A stretch of DNA of 52,917 nucleotides. Origin: Cyanophora paradoxa CCMP329. Lineage: Eukaryota; Plantae; Glaucophyta. Each line of letters begins with the position of its first letter. The first letter of the stretch is position 1. The position numbers were made by a program, and so were the translations under genes. The DNA lies in NCBI GenBank assembly GCA_004431415.1, contig QPMI01000086.1, positions 1 to 52,917 on the forward strand, given 5' to 3'. The notes below the pieces were generated by a model that was not told the origin of the DNA, searched no databases, and saw only the letters and a program-made list of their open reading frames with translations. Positions 10,879-19,479 of the stretch are shown piece by piece.

Positions 10879-11277
10879 ATGGAGACTAAATACAGAGGCT
10901 TTCATGTTATGCTTGATTACAAGGCTAAATCAGCTATTGCAACAGGACATGAGCATGTAAGCTTCCTAGGTAATTGGATTATGGGAACCCTTGAACAAGC
11001 AGTATTAAGACAAGGCATTAGGATTGTTCATAAACACTGTGAGATATTTGATGGCAAAATATCACCTCCTGGTTTTGCATTGGTTCTGCTATTAGATGAA
11101 AGCCATTGCACAGCTCATTGTTATTCCAATGAAGGCATGTTAGCAATTGATATATTCAGTTGTGGTAAAGAAGCTCAGCATAAAACACAAGCAGTTGCAG
11201 ATGAGATCGATAAAACAATGAATTTCTTAACATTTGAGAAGACTGAGAGACATAAACATGATAGATTCCCGTTTTGA
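10879..11277 (+). CDS. speD: Prokaryotic-type S-adenosylmethionine decarboxylase proenzyme (or neofunctionalised homolog)
   Basis: Intact 132-aa ORF with GFHVMLD, PPGFALVLLLDESHCTAHCY (E-S self-cleavage site) and AIDIFSCG. Confidence 0.88.
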   Translation: METKYRGFHVMLDYKAKSAIATGHEHVSFLGNWIMGTLEQAVLRQGIRIVHKHCEIFDGKISPPGFALVLLLDESHCTAHCYSNEGMLAIDIFSCGKEAQHKTQAVADEIDKTMNFLTFEKTERHKHDRFPF

Positions 11278-11693
11278 TGGGTTTCTATTATGGTGATCAG
11301 GGTGATTTACCTTTTTATTACAATGGCAATCGTTAAAAAAGGATATAATATATCCTTTCCTACAATAGCTTTCTACAATGATTTTCTTTCTACAGTAGCT
11401 TTTGTTACAATAGAATTCTACTGTATGATGTAGCCGAAATATGAATGCACCCTACATTAAGCAATGTCAAGTATTTCGAATACTATTCGATTTCCTTACA
11501 ATAACACTCAGCATCTGCCCTAGATTCCCCCTATTATATTATATTTATATTTAAGTGGACTCAAGGTTGACTCATATTAATCGTAAAAGTAGTAAAAGTA
11601 TATGGATTTTGTTACGAATTCAATGCAAGGGTTGACTAAGTGGGTTGAGTTGACTCAAATTTCACAGGAAATAACAATGAATCAGAGTATAAA

Positions 11694-12153
11694 TGCATTT
11701 TTTGAATCAACTACACCAACTAACACTGAGATTTTACCAATATATGAGGTCCTTACTGAATATGGTTTGTGTGACAGGTGTGACAGGTCTATCCCAAACT
11801 TTTCTATAGCATAAAAATGAACTCTCAAAAGTTTGGGATGGACCTGTCACACCTGTCACACTCGATTATTTCATTTGTTTATTCAAGTAGAATTACATAG
11901 ATAAACTTCTTACTTATTGTTACTGAGTTTTTCATTATAAAAGAGATCCTTACTGAATATGGTTTGTGTGACAGGTGTGACAGGATGCATTTTGTGAATC
12001 AACTACACCAACTAACACTGAAATTTTAACATTAAAAGAGATCCTTACTGAATATGGTTTGTGTGACAGGTGTGACAGGTCTATCCCAAACTTTTCTATA
12101 ACATAAAAATGAACTATCAAAAGTTTGGGATAGACCTGTCACACCTGTCACAC
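11694..12153. repeat. Duplicated ~165-bp unit, each containing a 35-bp inverted repeat of GTGTGACAG(G) iterons
   Basis: Arms 11769-11803/11827-11861 (1 mismatch) and 12061-12095/12119-12153 (perfect), each with a 23-bp spacer. A half copy lies at 11966-11984. Confidence 0.92.
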
Positions 12154-12405
12154 CCAATTATTTCAAAAATCCTAAGGGTCCCCCCTTAGAATCATTAAAA
12201 CATGATAAAAACATATAAGTTTCATGTATAATTACGATTGGATTCAATAAGAGATCGATTTGTTTTATTAAACAAATGAATCTAATATGGATCTTAATCG
12301 AGTTAAGCGATATATTTCCGATTAAATGAATTAAATTTAATTAAATTTAATCGAGAAAGTACATGAATATAATATCGATTAAATCAATTAACTTTTAGAC
12401 CAATC

Positions 12406-12688
12406 ACACATAGTAAAATGCGGAGTTTTAACCAGAGGCAAGATCTAATTGAGATTCAGTTATATTATTCGGAAATATATACAGATTATCGATAGACTCA
12501 GTAAGACTAATCGGAAAATAAGAGAAATTTACGATAAAATATCGAAAAGAATACAAAATAATCGAAATAAATGAATATTCGATAAGATATACACAGATTA
12601 TCGATTGATTGAAATAGAATATACGAGATATATCAACAAAATCAATTAAGATAAGCCGAGGGTTAAAACTCCGCATTTTACTATGTGT
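12406..12688. repeat. Terminal imperfect hairpin of the viral element (28-bp perfect stem)
   Basis: ACACATAGTAAAATGCGGAGTTTTAACC (12406-12433) is the exact reverse complement of 12661-12688. The interior shows patchy inverted symmetry. Confidence 0.88.
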
Positions 12689-13801
12689 CACAGCAGCTGA
12701 TTCACTGCGACGACGTGCTGCGAAACCTTGAAGCCCAAGGCATAGCCAACGATTTCGACGGATACCGGTGCGTACAAGTCTAGATCTACACTCCAAATCA
12801 GAAAACATGCGTGTCTTAGTTGCATGCAATAGGGTGCATGCACCCGTGTTCGATCTATCCATAAGCTGATCGAACTTGGCCTCAGGTATATGCTCACGAA
12901 GATTATGCAAAGTACGAAGGACATCCCAGAGCAGTTCGCGTTCTCCGGGGCTGAGAAAGTCTGGGACAACCTGTACGGCTACATGACGCCGGAGGTGGCG
13001 AGCAACTCTATCTGGGCGCAGACGGTGACGAAGACCATGACGGAGAAGGACGTGCAAGCCGCCATCGCCAAGTTCGATGCGGCCGGCGACAACGATGGGA
13101 TGCTGGACAAGAGCGAGTTCCTGGCGTGCCACGAGCCCGTCATGTCTACATTCAACCCGAACTCGACCGAGGTGCGCGAGCTTCTAGGCGAGCTATATGT
13201 AGGTTGATATTAAAATCGGACTGCACGAGCAAGCGTACGTATATCAAACTTCTCTTTTTCCGCAGCTCACATACAGCACCGACCCTGCAGCGGTGCGTAT
13301 GCGCATGTTCTTCATTTCTATCGTTTTCAGCCCAGAACAGCATGCATACCGCCTTCCTTCTAGAGATAATCCCATTCGAACTTGACTTCCATGATTGTCA
13401 CTCGGGGTCTCTGAACGTGCACGCAATCGCAGGATTTTGAGTACCAAATGAAACTGCAGCAGGTGGAGATGTTCAAGCAAATGTTCGGGCCCGGGGAAGA
13501 TTACATGATGTACATGGATCATTATCACGTGCGCATACGCATGCGCATAAACACGGGCCACAACTCTCATAATGATAACTTGACATGGGGCGCGAGCTCG
13601 AGGGCGCGAACCCCTCTGTACAGTGTCCCGCTAGCGCTACCCCAGCCGGCCGACCCCGACGCCTGTGTCGCCGGGCAGGTGGAGGAGCCGTCCGACTTCG
13701 AGGCGGCGGAGGTCGAGTTTGCTGAGAACGCTGCCGCCGACGAGGCCGCCGCCGCCGCTGCCGAAGTCGCCTGCGCGGACGAGCAGTGCCTGGCTTCTTG
13801 A
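12689..13801 (+). pseudogene. Host EF-hand-containing gene, copy A, 3' part cut off by the viral insertion
   Basis: Near-identical to 30,247-31,358; EF-hand-like DAAGDNDGMLDKSEF. The acceptor gtagg of copy B reads ataag here (~12,861-12,865). Confidence 0.75.
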
Positions 13802-14193
13802 TCCCCTGCATCGCGTCCACGACTGCTATACTATAGCTATCGTTGTTTGTCTGCGTGCCCGCCAAACCGTCGACAGCGTGTCTGCCAACGCGTACGTAAA
13901 CCGATCGCTATAAATGTAAATATTTATAGATGATCGTGATCAGTCACCTGCACGGTATCTGTCTTGGTTGTTGATTGAGCAGCCGAATTTTCATACGTGT
14001 TCCAGGAGCGGGCGAGCTGAGCTCAGCCAGAGGGAGAGTATATATATGCATTGTCCAGCCTGAGATCGCCTACAGCTAGATATAGAAACATATATGTCTA
14101 GATACTTTGACTAGTGGCCAAATAACGCGCTGTACCAAAATAACGCGCCCGCGGCCAAAACTAGGTACCGGGTTGATTTGACATACGTACGTA

Positions 14194-17100
14194 CTAGTGG
14201 CCCGGCCGCGATTCTCGCGCCGGGGGTGCAAGGGGGGAACCGGGATCTAATGAAAGAGTCCTAGTGGCGCGCACATGCGCGCGGCAGAACGACCCCGGCC
14301 CAGTGCGCGCGGCAGGTCGAAGGTTAAAGATAAACACAGATTATGATTGGAAAAATAGAAAAGGCCCGATAAGCACACGCTGCGATCAAACCGAATAACG
14401 TGATGCTACACAAACTGCCGGATTTCAGACAGCTCGAGAGCTTGGGCTCGAGACTCGGGCAGCCACCCGAGACCTCGGGACGGGTAGCAGAACTGGCAAA
14501 AAACGGGTAGCACGTAGGGACAGTTCGCTACAAAGAGGCACGAGATGCCGCAACAGCACGCAACCGCGCGGGAGAGCGAAGAGCGTGTACCGGAAGCACC
14601 GGGCGGGTAGCTAGGCGCGCTGGATAGCTCCCCGGCGCCCGCGCCGCCGACCGACCCGACACCCTGTCTTCGGCGCGTTCGCACGCCCCGCGCGGCGAGT
14701 CTGGCCTAGTCTGGCCGCTGGGGTAGTTGTATATATGTTGCAGCCGGCACGTAGCTAGCTACAGCCAGCACCGCGGACGCCCCGCGCCTTGTGTGAACGG
14801 CCGACCTGTGCGGCTTCGGTGACTGGGTGCGATCCATCGCTCCAGGCGCGGCAGTATCGCTTCCCAGGGTGCCACATACATGCTATTGCACTTACGCTAC
14901 TGCGGCCCCTTCTCTGACCGCGGCCGCAGTGTCACAGTGTGCTCGGGAGAGCGCGGGCCGGGGCGCTTCGCGGGGGCAAGCGTGGTGCGGTGCCGTCATG
15001 CGGAGCAGGGTTCTACACAACTAAGAGCAGCGTTTGTCATCACAGAACAAGTCCGCACTCGCTGGCGCGGCACGTCGCTGTCCACCGTGCTTCTCTTGCT
15101 CTCGCAGAACAAGTCCGCCCTCGCCGGCGCGGTGCACCGCTGTCTGCGGCGCCGCCAGCTCACGCCGAGCCCGCCCGTGCAGCCCCGCCCGCGCCCCCCG
15201 CCCGCCCGCCGCGCGCCCCGCCGCAGGAGGCCGCGGGGCACCGCCCCGGGCGCCTCGGACGCGAGGGGACGACGCCGCGACGCCGCCGACGCCGCCAGCT
15301 CACGCCGAGCCCGCCCGTGCAGCCCCGCCCGCGCCCCTCGACCGCCCGCCGCGCGCCCCGCCGCAGGAGGCCGCGGGGCACCGCCCCCGGGCGCCTCGGA
15401 CGCGAGGGGACGACGCCGCGACGCCGCCGACGCCGCCAGCGGACGCCGAGCCCGCCCGTGCAGCCCCGCCCCGCGCCCTCCACCCGCCCGCCGCGCGCCC
15501 CGCCGCAGGAGCCCGCGCCGGGCAGCCCCCGGGCGCCTCAGACGCGAGGGGACGACGCTGCGACGCTGCCGACGCCGCCAGCTCAAGCCGAGCCCGCCCG
15601 TGCAGCCCCGCCCGCGCCCCTCGACCGCCCGCCGCGCGCCCCGCCGCAGGAGGCCGCGGGGCACCGCCCCCGGGCGCCTCGGACGCGAGGGGGCGAGGCC
15701 GCGACGCTGCCGACGCCGCCAGCTCAAGCCGAGCCCGCCCGTGCAGCCCCGCCCCGCGCCCTCCACCCGCCCGCCGCGTGCCCCGCCGCAGGAGCCCGCG
15801 CCGGGCAGCCCCGGGCGCCTCAGGCGCGAGGGGACGACGCCGCGACGCCGCCGACGCCGCCAGCGGACGCCGAGCCCGCCCGTGCAGCCCCGCCCCGCGC
15901 CCCCCACCCGCCCGCCGCGCGCCCCGCCGCAGGAGGCCGCGGGGCACCGCCCCCGGGCGCCTCGGACGCGAGGGGCGAGGCCGCGACGCTGCCGACGCCG
16001 CCAGCTCAAGCCGAGCCCGCCCGTGCAGCCCCGCCCCGCGCCCTCCACCCGCCCGCCGCGTGCCCCGCCGCAGGAGCCCGCGCCGGGCAGCCCCCGGGCG
16101 CCTCAGGCGCGAGGGGACGACGCCGCGACGCCGCCGACGCCGCCAGCGGACGCCGAGCCCGCCCGTGCAGCCCCGCCCCGCGCCCCCACCCGCCCGCCGC
16201 GCGCCCCGCCGCAGGAGGCCGCGGGGCACCGCCCCGGGCGCCTCGGACGCGAGGGGGCGAGGCCGCGACGCCGCCGACGCCGCCAGCGGACGCCGAGCCC
16301 GCCCGTGCAGCCCCGCCCTCACTCCCCGCCCGCCCGCCGCGCGCCCCGCCGGAGGAGCCCGCGACGGACCGCCCCCGAGGGCCCAGGACGCGAGGGGGTG
16401 AGGCCGCGACGCCACCGACGCCGTAGATCAGCCCCCTAGGCCCTGAGGCCTAGCTTCATGTAGCTTTGCTTTCTCGCCTCAGAGGCCCACTTTCGCGACC
16501 CAGAGGCCTTCCTTTAGCCTATGTTTTGTTCCAAAAGCATGTAAATGACTTGTATTCTGCGCCCTGAGCGCTGTATGCGACTGGGCGGGCGAGGATCACT
16601 CAGGAGGCATCTGGGGCCCCAATTTCCAGTAGTTTTTGAATACGGGCCCAGGCTTTGATCGGCGGCCTTCGGTACCACCACCATCGTCTTCAGCACCCTC
16701 GAAAACCCCCGGGGACGTGAAATCATCGTTGTTGAGTGAGTTGATGCTTCAATCAGGCATCATGAGCACGTCGAAGTGGCATTTTGGAACTTGAAAACTG
16801 AAAAGTTCCAGAGAGGGTCCTACGAGTAAAGTTCAAAACATCGGTCCGGCCCAAAAACACTTCGGATCACCCTGTATCTTCGTGCAGTGATATATCTACA
16901 TGTGATAATGATTCTGGCTGAAAGAGCGCCCGCTGGGGCCAGCCAGTCGCCCAGGAACTCACTGGCTCACTGGAACTCATGAGCAATCTCTGCTGGGGAA
17001 GCGCGCGCCAGGGCCGCGCTGCATCCGCGCATGCGCTATTCATGCGCTAATTGAATCGCGCTACGGCGGCCCTGCGAGTCCTCGCGGTGCTGAGCCCTCG

Positions 17101-19396
17101 GAGAGAGATCAAATTGCCCAGGTGCATACACGGCAGGAGCAGGCGACGATCGAGGCGGGCGCGCGCCAGAGCCACGGTGCATCCACGCAAGCTCTATCTA
17201 GGCGAGCGTCGATTCGCGCTCCCGGCGGCCCGTCGCGCCCTCGCAGTTCGCAGCGGAATTGAATCGCCCAGGTGCCCCCTCTGCAGCTGTGGCAGGTGCC
17301 GCTGGCGGCGGGGGCCCGTGCCGCTGCCCGTACGTGCGCTCTGCGCGAGCTTTAGATGTGTCTCGTGACCCTAGACATCTCAACCCACATCGCCTCGCCG
17401 TCGCAGCCATGCCATCTGGAACCGCAGGACATGCGCATGCATATGCTTGATTGCACACGAGAGCGCATCTGCCTGAGGCGCGGCGGGGCATGAAGCGGAG
17501 GCTTGGCGGGACCTACGCAATGCAGGCGAGCGGTGCGCGGTCTCAGAGGCGACGAAAGATGCCTCGGCGGCCCGAGGCCTGCGAGAGACAGATCCATTCA
17601 GGGCGGGGCCTGCGAGCGCGACGGCGCGGGGCTTGCTTATGCACCTACACGTGATGCTCATCATGGATACGAGCGATCAAACGCTGTCCCGGTGCTGCGT
17701 TGTCGCTGCGAGGGAGAGAGATGATCGATATCGGGGAGGACCCGAGCGCGCGGGCCTTCGCCACGCACCTCTCGGCAAAGTGCACGTTAGCTAAGAGCCG
17801 ATCGATTGGTCGTGGCACGCCTCCGCTCCAGCTGCGCTGTTGTTACGCTTCCGATGCGAGGGCGGCCACGCGGCCGTGCTTAGCGTGCCACAGCGACGCA
17901 TATGGTCTCCTAAGGCCTCGCACACGCTCTACGGGCGTCGCGCGGCCGCGGAGAGCGTCCTCCGTTTCTATGGGAGAACTGCGCCGACGTCCAGCGGACC
18001 AGGGAGCCTATCTTCCGGGGTGCTTCTGAACGGAATCCGAAGCACCTTGATAGCCACTACACCGTAGTTAGGCCCGAATCGGCCTAGCTAGTACTAGTAC
18101 GCTAGTACGCTGCTTGGTCCCGCTCGTTCTTCGCTCTAGCTCTAGCTACGCGCGCTTCTTTGGCCCAAAGATGCTGCTATGGGTCCGAAGGCTGCTCTGA
18201 AGCGTGCGGCAGCTCCGTCGGAGCGCCGGCGGCTTCGCCGGCCATGCGCGCGACTTGCGTATGGAGTAACCCGGTGCAGGTTCATCCCCGGCGATTTGCC
18301 CCCCCAACTCGAGCTCTCGAGCTAAGCTATCGGGTCTGAAATCTGGCAGTTTGTGTAGCATCACGTAAAGAAAAGCCTCAATCAAAGGCCAGACTCAGCG
18401 CACACTATATGAAAGATTGTTCTGGAGCCAAAAAACGTTCCGCATGCGCATCAACTCTGTTCGCACGGCCTACCGCTAACCCTGAACAGCTGGCTAAAAG
18501 ATGATGGTGCTGTCTGCAGAGGGCTCGCCGTAGACGTAGTCGATCCAGGCGGAAGTCGACCTTCTAGATCTGGAGGGGATCGGGGCGGAAGTCGACCTTG
18601 GGGGTGAGCGGCAGCCAGCGGCGCCGGTCCTGAAGAACGCCGTGTTGCAAGAGCATGGTGAGGCGGCCTGCCGCCTCGAGCGCCCGCAGAGCCGCTGAGC
18701 GGCGCGGCTGGCGCGCTGCTCGCTCCCGCCGCGCATCTGGTAGCTATAGACAAGGTCTTGAATTTCGACGTCCGCGAGGCTGGCGTCGCGCAGGCGCTCG
18801 ACGACCCCCTCGTGGAGGTCCTCGATCGCAGCACGTCGTGCGCAGCACGCGAACTAGTCTGCTGGCCGGGTGCCGACCGCAACAAGAGCGCCTGGCCCGG
18901 CAGACGTGCTCGGCCGGCGCACGCGGTTCTGCGGCGCACGCGATGTCGGCGGCTTGCTGAGCGCAGCAAAAGACTACAGTCTGGACGGCCGCGCGAAATT
19001 TAGAGGAGATCTAGACAGCTGGGAGAATTACGAAGTGGTTAACGTTGCCATGCAAAACCGCCGCGTGACACCGCAGCGCCGCCCGAGGAAGAGACCCGGA
19101 GAGCCCAGATCTATAGCTAGAGGAGTGAGAGAGCAGTTGGTCGACGTCTTCCCCGCGAAAACCACTTTTCCCGAGTTCGAGAGAGCACTCGCGAGCTCGA
19201 GTTTGGCGCTCGAAAGTCGAAAGCTGACGGTTCACCGCGAGCCAATCGGATCGCGAATAGAGCAACATTTTTTCTGGTGTTGCATACTGGACCTCGAAAA
19301 CGGCCTCATAGAAAAAGTTTGGCTGAAGCGAGGGAACGGGAAGCAAGCTGCAGCTGGGAGAAGCCCTTCGGTCTTCGTCCCCCCTTGCAATCATAG
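14194..19396. mobile_element. ~5.2-kb TA-flanked DNA-transposon-like insertion (same family as 39,737-40,685)
   Basis: The left ~110 bp match the left end of the 39.7-kb foldback element; 18,870-19,070 resembles its interior; the right end is degenerate (cccccttgca...tag|ta). Joined flanks match the empty site in the paralogous region near 31,720-31,757. Confidence 0.7.
15151..16425 (+). repeat. Tandem array of ~9 x 141-bp GC-rich units with alternating variants
   Basis: The unit gccgccagc...gccgagcccgcccgtgcagccccgcc...gacgccgccgac recurs at ~15151, 15291, 15432, 15575 and onward. Confidence 0.92.
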
Positions 19397-19479
19397 TATA
19401 CCGCGCTAACTTCCTGCTGCGAAGTCGCCCTTCATATACATTATAGTAATTACACCCCCCAACCCCCACACGCTCCCCT

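Larger units (their letters stand above)
1..12688. mobile_element. Endogenous dsDNA virus (Polinton-like / small NCLDV-like), right-hand portion; continues left of the window
   Basis: AT-rich, intronless, tightly packed ORFs with penton-like, fibre/C1q, lipase and AdoMetDC motifs. Abrupt switch to GC-rich intron-containing DNA at 12,689, exactly where homology to the host paralog (30,247) starts. Confidence 0.88.

Noticed and set aside
11602-11814. 70-aa ORF ending CDRCDR
   Set aside because: It runs through the palindromic repeat, so the Cys pattern is a by-product of the GTGTGACAG iterons.
11694-12153. Possible CRISPR-like array
   Set aside because: These are duplicated palindromes with near-identical spacers; there are no unique spacers and no cas genes.
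12407-12687. Independent CACTA-like MITE with a TCA target duplication
   Set aside because: Disfavoured but not excluded. The left flank is viral rather than the host exon, the paralog has G not T at the equivalent of 12,688, and it would need insertion exactly at the virus-host junction.
1-12688. Bacterial prophage or contaminant contig
   Set aside because: Penton-like genes point to a eukaryotic jelly-roll virus, no Shine-Dalgarno pattern is evident, and the junction falls precisely between a terminal repeat and a host exon. Read-level confirmation is still needed.
12428-13132. 234-aa minus-strand ORF spanning the junction
   Set aside because: It is an antisense read-through of the host exon into the non-coding hairpin.
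16855-16876. Tc1/mariner-like end (...ggatcaccctgta)
   Set aside because: I found no matching opposite TIR.
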